Shown here in pieces: positions 29,020-38,095 of a DNA stretch of 64,000 nt. Source of the stretch: Candidatus Eiseniibacteriota bacterium (GTDB taxonomy: Bacteria > Eisenbacteria > RBG-16-71-46). Under the pieces are notes generated by a model. It was not told the DNA's origin. It saw only the letters and a program-made list of their open reading frames with translations, and did no database searches. Position numbers and translations under genes: made by a program. Within the stretch, counting starts at the first letter, position 1. Each line of letters opens with the position of its first letter. Where the stretch lies: contig JBGAML010000001.1 of NCBI GenBank assembly GCA_044223005.1, positions 64,001-128,000 of the forward strand, in the 5' to 3' direction.

Positions 29020-30111
29020 TCAGTGCAGGCGCTTGCGCCGGTTGCGGACGAAGTCGCGGAACACGTACGAGCCGAGATTGTTCGGGTCGGTCTCGTAGAT
29101 GCGGCCGTGGTTCAGCTCGGTGAGCTTGCGCACGAAGTCGAGCAGTACCGCGTCGGCCGCCAGCATGAAGGTCGTGATCGCGATGCGCTTCCGGCGGCAG
29201 TAGGACGCCTCTTCGAGCGTCTTGTTCACGATCTTGGGGTCGAGCCCGAACGGGTTCTTGTAGAGCCGGCCCAGCTCGCGGATGCAGCTCGGCTTGCCGT
29301 CCGTGATCATGAAGATCTGCTTGTTGACGCCCTTGCGCCCCTCGAGGATGCGCCGCGCCATCTGCAGGCCGGCGCGGGTGTTCGTGTGGTACGGGCCCGC
29401 CTGGATGCCCATCAGGTGCTTGAGCGGCACCTGGACGGCGTCGTCCCCGAACAGCACCACGTCCAGCGTGTCCTTCGGGTAGCGCGTCTGGATCAGCTGC
29501 GTGAGCGCGAGTGCGATCTTCTTGGCGGGCGTGATGCGATCCTCGCCGTAGAGGATCATCGAGTGGCTGATGTCCACCATCAGCACCGTCGCGCAGGCGG
29601 AGGCGTGCTCCAGCTCGTGGACCTCGAGGTCGTCCTCGGACAGCACGAGGTCGTCGATGCCCTGGCGCTTGACCGCGTTGCTCACGGAGCCGAGCGGATC
29701 GAGATTCGCGAGGTCGTCGCCGAACTGCCACGCCCGCGTCTCGCTCAGCCGCTCGCCGCCGCGTCCCGCCGCGGGCGTGCGGTGATCACCCGCGCCGTCG
29801 GCGGCGAGATTGCCGAAGATCTCGTTGAGCGAATCCTGGCGGATGCGCTTCTCGCCGCGCGGGGTCATCGCGAAGCCCTGGCCGGTGCGCTGGGCCTCCC
29901 CCGTCTCTTCGAGCAGGCGCTTGAAGTCCTCGATCGTGAAGCCTTCGCCGAGGAAGCCGTACTCGCGGCCGAAGTGCTCCATCCACTTGAGCGCCTCGTC
30001 CACGTCGCCGCCGGTCTGCAGGAGCAGGTTGCGGTAGATGTCCATCAGCTGCCGCATCCGCTCGAGATCGCCCGGCCGCGGGCCGTCCCATTTCCGGTAG
30101 TCGAACCGCAT
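29020..30111 (-). CDS. VWA domain protein
   Basis: MIDAS DISHS, T and ITDGKP. It lies downstream of an AAA+ ATPase. Confidence 0.88.
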   Translation of the reverse strand: MRFDYRKWDGPRPGDLERMRQLMDIYRNLLLQTGGDVDEALKWMEHFGREYGFLGEGFTIEDFKRLLEETGEAQRTGQGFAMTPRGEKRIRQDSLNEIFGNLAADGAGDHRTPAAGRGGERLSETRAWQFGDDLANLDPLGSVSNAVKRQGIDDLVLSEDDLEVHELEHASACATVLMVDISHSMILYGEDRITPAKKIALALTQLIQTRYPKDTLDVVLFGDDAVQVPLKHLMGIQAGPYHTNTRAGLQMARRILEGRKGVNKQIFMITDGKPSCIRELGRLYKNPFGLDPKIVNKTLEEASYCRRKRIAITTFMLAADAVLLDFVRKLTELNHGRIYETDPNNLGSYVFRDFVRNRRKRLH

Positions 30112-30126
30112 CGCCGCCGTCCCGCC

Positions 30127-31641
30127 TCAGTCCTCGCCGAGCCCGCTCAGCATGCTCTTCAGCATGTCCTTGTACTCGGTGCCGGCGCCGTCGGTGCGCT
30201 CGCGCGAGAGCATCGAGCTCTGGTGCAGGCCCTCGAGCACGAGCTCCATGGCGACGGCGTGTTCGTCGGCATCCTTCGGCTCGAGGTAGCGCGCGGCGAG
30301 AGCGCCGAGCCCCTTCACGCGCGACAGCACGAGCGCGTACTCCTTCGCGGGCAGGTCGTCGCCCAGCGTCACGTGCTCGCCGCCCGAGAACCACTCGAGC
30401 ACCGGGCGGTATTCCGACGCCGCCTGCGGCTCGTCGTCCGGCGGCGCCGACGACGCGCCACCGCGGCCACGGGTGCGGCGCGGCTTGAACGCGTCGGGGA
30501 ACCGCTGCTGGAAGACCGCCTTCACGCCGCGGCCGAGCAGCGCGCGCGCGACGTTGAGCGCTCCTTCCTGCTCGCCCTCGAGCACGAGCTCGACCTTGCC
30601 GCTGACCGCGGACACCGCGTGCTGCAGGTCGCAGACGCGCGTGATCACGCGCGTTTCGCCGGTGACGAGCCCGCGGCGCTCGGCGTTGCTGACCAGGTTC
30701 TCGAGCAGCGCGATCGGCAGGCGCGCCGAGACGCCGGAGTTCTGGTCCACGTACTCGCTCTTGCGCGCCTGGATCGCGACTTCCTCGACGAGTTCGCGCA
30801 TGAACGCTGGCACCACGACCTCGACGCCCGAGCGCCGCTCGGTCCACGCCTCCTGCGCCGTGATCGCGACGCCCTGCTCGCGCGTCTGCGGGTAGTGCGT
30901 GACGATCTGGGAATTGATGCGGTCGCGCAGCGGCGTGATGATGTTGCCGCGGTTCGTGTAGTCCTCGGGATTGGCCGAGAACACCATCGCGACGTCGAGC
31001 GGGATGCGCACGGGGAATCCGCGGATCTGGAAATCCTTCTCCTCGAGGATGTTCAGCAGGCCCACCTGGATGCGCGGCTGCAGGTCCGGCAGCTCGTTGA
31101 TCGCGAAGATGCCGCGGTTCGAGCGCGGGATGATGCCGTAGTGGATGACGCGCTCGTCGGAGTAGTCGAGCTTGAGCGTCGCCGCCTTGATCGGGTCGAT
31201 GTCGCCGATCAGGTCCGCGATCGTCACGTCCGGCGTCGCCAGCTTCTCCTGGTAACGGTGCTCGCGATGCAGCCACGTGATCGGCGTCGCGTCGCCGTGC
31301 ACCTCGAGCTGCTGGCGCGCGAAGTGGGTCAGTGGATGGAACGGGTCGCTGTGGAGCGGACAGCCCTCCACTTCGGGCACCCACTCGTCGAGGAATCGCG
31401 GCAGCGAGCGCAGCAGGCGCGTCTTCGCCTGCCCGCGCAGCCCGAGCAGGATGAAATCGTGGCGCGAGAGCAGCGCGTTCACGATCTGCGGCTCGACGGT
31501 GCGCTCGTAGCCCATGACGCCGGGGAACAACGGGCCGCCTTCGCGGAGGCGCGCGATCATGTTCTCGCGCAGCTCGTCCTTGACGGAGCGGGAGCGGTAG
31601 CCGGACGCCTTCAGTTCGCCAAAGGTGCGAGGACGGGACAT
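30127..31641 (-). CDS. AAA+ ATPase, Mg-chelatase ChlI/MoxR-like
   Basis: Walker A GLRGQAKT, variant Walker B FAINEL, and ANPEDYTNRG..LRDR. Confidence 0.88.
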   Translation of the reverse strand: MSRPRTFGELKASGYRSRSVKDELRENMIARLREGGPLFPGVMGYERTVEPQIVNALLSRHDFILLGLRGQAKTRLLRSLPRFLDEWVPEVEGCPLHSDPFHPLTHFARQQLEVHGDATPITWLHREHRYQEKLATPDVTIADLIGDIDPIKAATLKLDYSDERVIHYGIIPRSNRGIFAINELPDLQPRIQVGLLNILEEKDFQIRGFPVRIPLDVAMVFSANPEDYTNRGNIITPLRDRINSQIVTHYPQTREQGVAITAQEAWTERRSGVEVVVPAFMRELVEEVAIQARKSEYVDQNSGVSARLPIALLENLVSNAERRGLVTGETRVITRVCDLQHAVSAVSGKVELVLEGEQEGALNVARALLGRGVKAVFQQRFPDAFKPRRTRGRGGASSAPPDDEPQAASEYRPVLEWFSGGEHVTLGDDLPAKEYALVLSRVKGLGALAARYLEPKDADEHAVAMELVLEGLHQSSMLSRERTDGAGTEYKDMLKSMLSGLGED

Positions 31642-31775
31642 GCGGTTCTCCGGTACGGGAATCGGGGGACGCGCGGCGCGCGAGAGGTTACGGCGCGCGG
31701 CGCCGGTGATCCACGCCCGGTTCGATGCGCCAAACCGCCCGGAGCTTCGCGGCCCGCCCGTCCGCCCGAACGTAT

Positions 31776-31805
31776 CGCGGGCGGGCCCGTGAAGGCCCGC
31801 CCGCG
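31776..31805. terminator. 12-bp inverted repeat downstream of the HFS lipoprotein gene
   Basis: cgcgggcgggcc-cgtgaa-ggcccgcccgcg. Confidence 0.55.
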
Positions 31806-31832
31806 CGGCGGATCCGGCTGGGCTCGGGGGAG

Positions 31833-32489
31833 TTACCAGCCCGCCTTGCCGCCGACGCCGTAACGCGAGAAGTGCTGGAGCTTGCCGTGGACGGTGTGGG
31901 TCCCGGCGTCGATCGTGCACGGCATCTCGGTCCAGGCCTTGGTGGCGGGGTTCCACCAGAGGAGCACGGGCCTGGTGCCGGGCACGTAGTCCTTGGACGA
32001 GGGGTCGACGGACGTTCCCGAGTAGTCGATCACGATGTCGACCGGCGTGCCGAACTGCGTGCCGTCCGGACCGAACTCCACCTGGACCGTGCCGTCCGAC
32101 GCGTGCGCGACCGAAATGCCCTTCGGAACCTCGAGCGAGCCCGCGTGGAGGTCCAGCCCCCAGCGGCCCGAACCGATGTGCGTCTCGAGGCCGGGGAGCA
32201 CCAGCCGCACGACGTCGAGCACGAACTGCAGCGTGCCCTCGAGGGGCGTCGCGTCCGGGTCCTTGACCGGCTGCAGGGGCGCCACCGACGTGTTGCGCGG
32301 GCCGAAGTCGACGACGACCGGAATCTTCACCGCCGACGGGGCGTTGCCCGCCGCGGGCAACCCGGTCGAGACGCTCGTCCCTTCCGGTGCGAGTCCGGAG
32401 TCGGGACTCGTCGGGGCGACGCGCCCGCATCCGGCGAGCAGCATCACCGCGACGGTCGCGACGGCGAGAACTCGATACTGGCGTGACAT
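31833..32489 (-). CDS. Lipoprotein with a ZU5/GAIN-like domain ending HFSRYGVGGKAGW
   Basis: AGGAGG RBS and lipobox VMLLAG-C. FGPDGTQFGTPV...WWNPATKAW...LQHFSRYG. Paralogous to 55401..55979. Confidence 0.78.
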   Translation of the reverse strand: MSRQYRVLAVATVAVMLLAGCGRVAPTSPDSGLAPEGTSVSTGLPAAGNAPSAVKIPVVVDFGPRNTSVAPLQPVKDPDATPLEGTLQFVLDVVRLVLPGLETHIGSGRWGLDLHAGSLEVPKGISVAHASDGTVQVEFGPDGTQFGTPVDIVIDYSGTSVDPSSKDYVPGTRPVLLWWNPATKAWTEMPCTIDAGTHTVHGKLQHFSRYGVGGKAGW

Positions 32490-32559
32490 CTCTCGTCCTC
32501 CTGGGGATGGGGCCACGGGCCCGGGGGATGTCGCTTGCGTGCGGCACCCCTTCCCCAGC

Positions 32560-32573
32560 GCAATGGTCGTGCC
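32560..32573 (-). promoter_or_regulatory. Putative sigma54 (-24/-12) promoter
   Basis: Minus strand GGCACGACCATTGC matches GGCACG-N4-TTGC, about 70 bp upstream of ATG 32489. Confidence 0.7.
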
Positions 32574-32857
32574 CTCGCGACGGCGGAGCGCGTTGCGACA
32601 CGCGAATGCGCGCGGCCGCGGATCCCGCGCCGGCGCAGCGCATTCGCGAATCGCGAGACGGGGGCGTGCCGCGCGCAACCCGGCGGCGAGACGGACCGCG
32701 AGCGACGTGGGGCCGTGCGCGCACCGGCTGGGGAAACCGCCCCGCGCATTCGACGCGCGAGTCTCGGCTCCGCTCGCGGGAGTTGCCGGAACCGCCGCAA
32801 ACGAACGGCGCGCGAGCGGGTGATCCGCTCGCGCGCCGTGACGATCCGACCGCGCCG

Positions 32858-35800
32858 TCAGACGTTGCGATGGCAGCTGTAGCAGGACGTCGCGCTGTAG
32901 GTGTAGCCGGACTTGCCCTGGTGATCCTTGTCGACACTCGTCTTGTTCGAGTGCTCGTGGCAGGCGATGCACGTGAACGTCGCCAGGTTGCTCGGCGCCG
33001 TGTGGCAGTCGGCGCAGACGGTCCACTTGCTGCGGTGCTTGCCCGAGTAGATCTTGAACCAGCTCGCGTCGTGGGTGGTGATCTTGCCGGTCGACCAGGT
33101 CGTGGTCGTGTGACACGTCCCGCACTGGGCCGAGGGGAAGAAGGCCTCGGTGTGCGTCGGGGATGCGGAGTTCCAGTCGGCCTGGTGGCACGAGAGGCAG
33201 GCCGTGCTCTTGCCGTCGTAGACGCCGTCCGAATGGCACGACGTGCACGACGCGGAGACGTGCGCGCCGGTCAGCGGGAACGACGTGTTCGAATGGTTGA
33301 ACGTCGTCACCCACGTGCTCGTGTTGTGGCACGTGGCGCAGGCGTTGGTCGGGAACGACGCCGCGGTGTGCGGCGGCGTGGCCGTCGTGTACTTGGCCTG
33401 ATGGCACGAGTAGCAGGCCGTGCTCTTGCCGTCGTAGACGTTGTCCCCGTGACACGACGAGCAGGCGGCGGACACGTGCGCGCCCGTCAGCGGGAACGAC
33501 GTGTTGGCGTGGTTGAAGAGACCGCCCGACCAGGTCGAGGTGCTGTGGCAGACCGCGCACTGCGACGTCGGGAACGACGTGGCGTTGTGCGTCGGCGTCG
33601 CCGAGGCGTAGTCCGACTGATGGCAGGAGTAGCAGGCGGTGCTCTTGCCGTCGTAGACGCCGTCGTTGTGGCACGACACGCAGGCCGTGCCGACGTGCGC
33701 ACCCGTGAGCGGGAAGGACGTGGTCGAGTGGTTGAACGTCGTCACCCACGTCGACGTCGAGTGACACGTGGCGCAGGCGTTGGTCGGGAACGACGCCGCG
33801 GCATGCGGCGGCGTCGCCGAAGCGTAGGTGGAGGCGTGGCACGAGTAGCACGCGGTGCTCTTGCCCGCGTAGACGTTGTCGCCGTGGCACTGCACGCAGG
33901 TCGTGGAGACGTGCGCGCCGGTCAGCGGGAACTGCGTCAGCGAATGGTTGAAGAGCCCGTTCTGCCACGTCGAGGTCGAATGGCAGGTACCGCACTGCGC
34001 CTGCGGGAACGACGTGTTGTTGTGCGTCGGCGTCGCCGAGGCGTACGTGGACGCGTGGCACGAGTAGCACGCCGTGCTCTTGCCGTCGTAGACGCCGTCG
34101 TTGTGGCACGCCGTGCAGGCCGCCCCGACGTGCGCACCGGTCAGCGGGAACGACGTGGTGGAGTGGTTGAATGTCGTCACCCACGTGGATGTCGAGTGGC
34201 AGGTCGCGCAGGCGTTGGTCGGGAACGCTGCCGCCGTGTGCACGGGCGTCGCCGTCGCGTAGGTGGACGCGTGGCACGAGTAGCACGCGGTGCTCTTGCC
34301 CGCGTAGACGTTGTCGCCGTGGCACTGCACGCAGGTCGTGGAGACGTGCGCGCCGGTCAGCGGGAACTGCGTCAGCGAGTGGTTGAAGAGCCCGTTCTGC
34401 CACGTCGAGGTCGAATGGCAGGTGCCGCACTGCGCCTGCGGGAACGACGTGTTGTTGTGCGTCGGCGTCGCCGAGGCGTACGTGGACGCGTGGCACGAGT
34501 AGCAGGCGGTGCTCTTGCCATCGTAGACGCCGTCGCCGTGGCACGACGTGCAGGCTGCGCCGACGTGCGCGCCGGTCAGCGGGAACGACGTCGTCGAGTG
34601 GTTGAACGTCGTCACCCATGTCGACGTCGAATGGCAGGTCTTGCACGCGTTGGTCGGGAACGCCGTCGCCGTGTGCGTCGGCGTCGCCGAGGCGTACTTG
34701 GACTGGTGGCACGAGTAGCAGTCCATGCTCTTGCCCGCGTAGACGCCGTCGCCGTGACAGGACGCGCAGTCCGTCGAGACGTGGGCGCCCGTCAGCGGGA
34801 ACTTCGTCAGCGAGTGGTTGAAGAGCCCGTTCTGCCACGTCGAAGTCGAATGGCACGTGCCGCACTGCGCCTGCGGGAACGACGTGTTGTTGTGCGGCGG
34901 CGACGCCGAGGCGTACTTGGCCTGGTGGCACGAGTAGCAGGCGGTGCTCTTGCCGTCATAGACGCCGTCGTTGTGGCAGGACGTACAGGCCGCCCCGACG
35001 TGCGCGCCGGTCAGCGGGAACGACGTGGTGGAGTGGTTGAACGTCGTCACCCACGTCGACGTGCCGTGACAGGTCTTGCACGCGTTGGTCGGGAACGCGG
35101 TCGCGTTGTGCGTCGGCGTCGCCGACGCGTACTTGGCCTGGTGGCACGAATAGCAGTCGGTGCTCTTGGCGGCGTAGACGCCGTCACCGTGGCACGAGCT
35201 GCACGCCGCCGTGACGTGCGCGCCGGTGAGCGGGAACTGCGTCACCTGGTGGTTGAACAGGCCGCCGCTCCAGGTCGCCGTCGAATGGCAGGTGCTGCAC
35301 TGCGCCTGCGGGAACGACGTGTTGTTGTGCGGGGGCGTCGCCGCAGCGTACTTGGCCTGATGGCACGAGTAGCAGGTCGTGCTCTTGCCGGCGTAGACAC
35401 CGTCACCGTGACAGGACGCGCAGGCGGTCGTGACGTGCACGCCGGTGAGCGGGAACGCCGTCTTGGAGTGATCGAACGCCGTCGACCAGGAGCTGGTCGA
35501 GTGGCACGTCTTGCACTGCGCCGTCGGGAACGCCGCGGCCGTGTGCGTCGGGGTCGCCGAGGCGTACTTGGCCTGGTGGCACGCGTAGCAGTCGGTGCTC
35601 TTGCCCGCGTAGACCTTGTCGCCGTGGCACGAGGCGCACGCGGTGGTCACGTGCGCGCCCGTGAGCGGGAACTGGGTCTTCGAGTGGTCGTAGACCGCGT
35701 CGGCGAACGTGCGAGTGTTGTGGCAGGTCGCGCACTGGCTCGCGGCGAACCCGGCCGAAGCGTGGTCCGGCTGGGCATGCGTGTAGTCGTTGTTGTGGCA

Positions 35801-36523
35801 CGACGCGCAGTCCGTGGAAGCGGACTTGAAGTCGCTGCCGCTGTGGCACTGGGCGCAGTGCGCGTTCACGTGCGCGCCGGTCAGCGGGAAGGCCGTCTTG
35901 GAGTGATCGAACGTCGCCGACGTCCATTCGATCGCCGTATGGCAGCCCTGGCAATCCGTGGGGAACCCGGAGGCGGCGTGGTCCGGCGACTTGGTCGCGC
36001 GGTAGTCGGCCATGTGGCAGTTGGCGCAGTCGGCCCGCGTTCCCGCGAACTGCAGCTGGCCCTGTCCCGTGCCCTTGTGACACGACTCGCAGGCGACGCT
36101 GGCGTGGCTGCCGCTCAGCGGGAAGCGCGTCATCTCGTGCGCGCGAACCATCGGGCCACGGTCGGTGAACGAACGCGAGTTGTGGCAGCGGGCGCAGTCG
36201 GTGCCCATCTCGCCACGGTGCGGATCCTTGTGGCAGCTCGCGCACTGCGCGCGGGCCGTCGAGAAGTCGAGCGAGGTGTGGCAGGACTGGCAGTTGTTCG
36301 TGGCGTGCGCGCCTTCGAGCGGCATGCCGTAGCTCGCGTGGTCGAACTTCGGGCTCAGCTTGAGCTGGGTCCAGCTCGACGGCCCGTGGCAGAGCGAGCA
36401 CTCGCCCTTGAACTTGCCATGCGGGTTGTTCGTGACCTTGGGAGCAGCACCCGCGCGCGGAATGGCGACGACCGCCGCGACCGCGAGAGCGATCGCAACG
36501 GCGGGCAGCAGGACGCGCTTCAT
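32858..36523 (-). CDS. Giant secreted multiheme cytochrome c (49 CxxCH) built from tandem tri-heme modules
   Basis: Signal peptide MKRVLLPAVAIALAVAAVVAIPRAGA. I counted 49 CxxCH motifs by hand. Repeating unit FPLTGAH-x4-CxxCH-x11-CxxCH-x20-CxxCH. Confidence 0.95.
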   Translation of the reverse strand: MKRVLLPAVAIALAVAAVVAIPRAGAAPKVTNNPHGKFKGECSLCHGPSSWTQLKLSPKFDHASYGMPLEGAHATNNCQSCHTSLDFSTARAQCASCHKDPHRGEMGTDCARCHNSRSFTDRGPMVRAHEMTRFPLSGSHASVACESCHKGTGQGQLQFAGTRADCANCHMADYRATKSPDHAASGFPTDCQGCHTAIEWTSATFDHSKTAFPLTGAHVNAHCAQCHSGSDFKSASTDCASCHNNDYTHAQPDHASAGFAASQCATCHNTRTFADAVYDHSKTQFPLTGAHVTTACASCHGDKVYAGKSTDCYACHQAKYASATPTHTAAAFPTAQCKTCHSTSSWSTAFDHSKTAFPLTGVHVTTACASCHGDGVYAGKSTTCYSCHQAKYAAATPPHNNTSFPQAQCSTCHSTATWSGGLFNHQVTQFPLTGAHVTAACSSCHGDGVYAAKSTDCYSCHQAKYASATPTHNATAFPTNACKTCHGTSTWVTTFNHSTTSFPLTGAHVGAACTSCHNDGVYDGKSTACYSCHQAKYASASPPHNNTSFPQAQCGTCHSTSTWQNGLFNHSLTKFPLTGAHVSTDCASCHGDGVYAGKSMDCYSCHQSKYASATPTHTATAFPTNACKTCHSTSTWVTTFNHSTTSFPLTGAHVGAACTSCHGDGVYDGKSTACYSCHASTYASATPTHNNTSFPQAQCGTCHSTSTWQNGLFNHSLTQFPLTGAHVSTTCVQCHGDNVYAGKSTACYSCHASTYATATPVHTAAAFPTNACATCHSTSTWVTTFNHSTTSFPLTGAHVGAACTACHNDGVYDGKSTACYSCHASTYASATPTHNNTSFPQAQCGTCHSTSTWQNGLFNHSLTQFPLTGAHVSTTCVQCHGDNVYAGKSTACYSCHASTYASATPPHAAASFPTNACATCHSTSTWVTTFNHSTTSFPLTGAHVGTACVSCHNDGVYDGKSTACYSCHQSDYASATPTHNATSFPTSQCAVCHSTSTWSGGLFNHANTSFPLTGAHVSAACSSCHGDNVYDGKSTACYSCHQAKYTTATPPHTAASFPTNACATCHNTSTWVTTFNHSNTSFPLTGAHVSASCTSCHSDGVYDGKSTACLSCHQADWNSASPTHTEAFFPSAQCGTCHTTTTWSTGKITTHDASWFKIYSGKHRSKWTVCADCHTAPSNLATFTCIACHEHSNKTSVDKDHQGKSGYTYSATSCYSCHRNV
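33100..35700 (-). repeat. Intragenic tandem repeat: alternating 216/219-bp units forming a 435-bp higher-order repeat
   Basis: Alternating 72- and 73-aa modules. The antisense ORFs 33876..34067 and 34311..34502 have identical translations and are offset by exactly 435 bp. Boundaries are approximate. Confidence 0.9.
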
Positions 36524-36627
36524 CGTCGACAGGCCTCGGTACACGTTCGGGTGCTCCGGGATGGACGGTCGGGGCCGAACCAGGTATCCGTGGGCGACAC
36601 TCCGTACTTATACCGAGTTTCGACACC

Positions 36628-36672
36628 GCAAGTCCCGCGCCTGATCGAAAAATATGTGTTTCAACGTATTTT
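36628..36672 (-). promoter_or_regulatory. Putative sigma54 promoter with an adjacent AT-rich IHF-like element
   Basis: Minus strand GGCGCGGGACTTGC (36628-36641). The neighbouring AT-rich tract contains TTTCAACGTATTT, which resembles WATCAANNNNTTR. Confidence 0.6.
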
Positions 36673-36827
36673 CGGGGACCGCGGTTTAGTCATCCCGCGA
36701 GTTTTCCGCCATTTCGCAACGAAGACCCGGACGTCGGCAGGCGATTCGCAATAGCGTCCGGGCCGGGGCGGCCGCCTCCGACGCCCGAGGTGCGCCCGGG
36801 GCCGTCCGCGGCTACCCTGCTCTCGGC

Positions 36828-37979
36828 ATGTCTCGCACCCCCTCCCTCCTCGCCGAATGCCGCGCCCTCCAGGCGGCGGTCGCCGCCCACCCCACGCTGG
36901 CCGCGCTCGAATCCGCCCCCGACTGGCCGCAGCTCGAAGCGCGCCTGGCCACGCTGCTGGGAACCGTGCACCGCACCGATCCCGGCCGGCCGGTGGCGCC
37001 CGCCGCCGACCCTTCCCGGGTCCGGCTGGTGCAGTGGAACATCGAGCACGGCAACTGGTACCCGCAGGTCGAGTCCGCGCTGCTCGCCCACCCGGAACTG
37101 GCCGGTGCGGACGTGATCACGCTGGACGAGATCGACCTCGGCTGCGCCCGCGCGGGCAACCGCGACGTCGCCGCCGACCTCGCCCGCGCGCTCGGCATGC
37201 ACGCCGCATGGGCCCCGCTCTTCCTCGAAACGACCGTCGGGCGCGACGACGACCCGCGGATGGCCGCCGGGCGAACGAACGAGGAAGGGCTGTTCGGCAT
37301 CGCGGTGCTCTCGCGCTGGCCGCTCGGCGAAGCCCGCATCGTGGAGCTCCCGAGTCCGCGCCGGCTGCAGTTCGAGCTCGAGCGCATGATCGGCCGCCAC
37401 GGCGCGCTGATCGTGGAGGTGCTGCGCCCCGGCGCGCCGTTCGTGGCCGTCGCCGCACACCTCGAGGTGCACCGCACGCGTGCGCACCGCGCGGACCAGA
37501 TGCGCGCGATCGTGGACGCGCTCGCCGGCGAGCGGCGCCCCGTGGCGATCGCGGGCGATTTCAACACGCACACGTTCGACCGCGGGCTCTGGCACTCCGC
37601 CCTGCACGGGGCATCGGCGCTGCTCCTCTACCCGGGCGCGCTGCTGCGCCGGCGGCTGCTGCACCCGGACGAGGGCTTCGCGCACGAGCCGTTGTTCGAC
37701 GAGTTGCGGCGCGGCGGCTTCGCGTGGGCGCCGTACGTCGACTTCGCGCCGACGCTGCAGCTGCGCTTCGACCGGCTCGAGGAGCTGCAGATGCTGCCCG
37801 GCCCGCTGCACGCGCTCGCCGATCGCGTGCTCGGTTGGGCGGTGCGCCGTGGGGCGCTGCGGCTCGACTGGATCTGCGGCCGCGGCTGGCGCGGCGGTTC
37901 GGGTCGCACCGTGCACGGCCTGGACGGCCGCGATCTCGCCTCCGACCACGCCCCGATCGTCGCCGACCTGGCCGGCTGA
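36828..37979 (+). CDS. Endonuclease/exonuclease/phosphatase family protein
   Basis: WNIE, AHLE, GDFN, LDWI and SDH motifs. Confidence 0.85.
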   Translation: MSRTPSLLAECRALQAAVAAHPTLAALESAPDWPQLEARLATLLGTVHRTDPGRPVAPAADPSRVRLVQWNIEHGNWYPQVESALLAHPELAGADVITLDEIDLGCARAGNRDVAADLARALGMHAAWAPLFLETTVGRDDDPRMAAGRTNEEGLFGIAVLSRWPLGEARIVELPSPRRLQFELERMIGRHGALIVEVLRPGAPFVAVAAHLEVHRTRAHRADQMRAIVDALAGERRPVAIAGDFNTHTFDRGLWHSALHGASALLLYPGALLRRRLLHPDEGFAHEPLFDELRRGGFAWAPYVDFAPTLQLRFDRLEELQMLPGPLHALADRVLGWAVRRGALRLDWICGRGWRGGSGRTVHGLDGRDLASDHAPIVADLAG

Positions 37980-38095
37980 GTTCAGCACGGCCAACCGGCG
38001 GCTCTGCTAGGGTCTGCTCGCACCCCGCGCGCCGCGCGCGGCCGGCAACCGGCGGCCGGCGGTGGCCGTAGGCCGAACATCACCCGAGACCGACG

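Noticed and set aside
29020..31641. AAA+ ATPase plus VWA pair as a defence system or a true Mg-chelatase
   Set aside because: This is a widespread conserved chaperone-like pair, with no chlH/cobN or effector genes nearby.
33100..35700. Long regular DNA repeats that might be a CRISPR array
   Set aside because: The units are 216-219 bp, in frame and coding, with no repeat/unique-spacer structure and no cas genes.
36736..36749. GG-N10-GC (GGCAGGCGATTCGC) upstream of the EEP gene, and a similar one near 4555-4568
   Set aside because: Poor match to the CACG and TTGC context. GG-N10-GC arises often by chance at this GC content.
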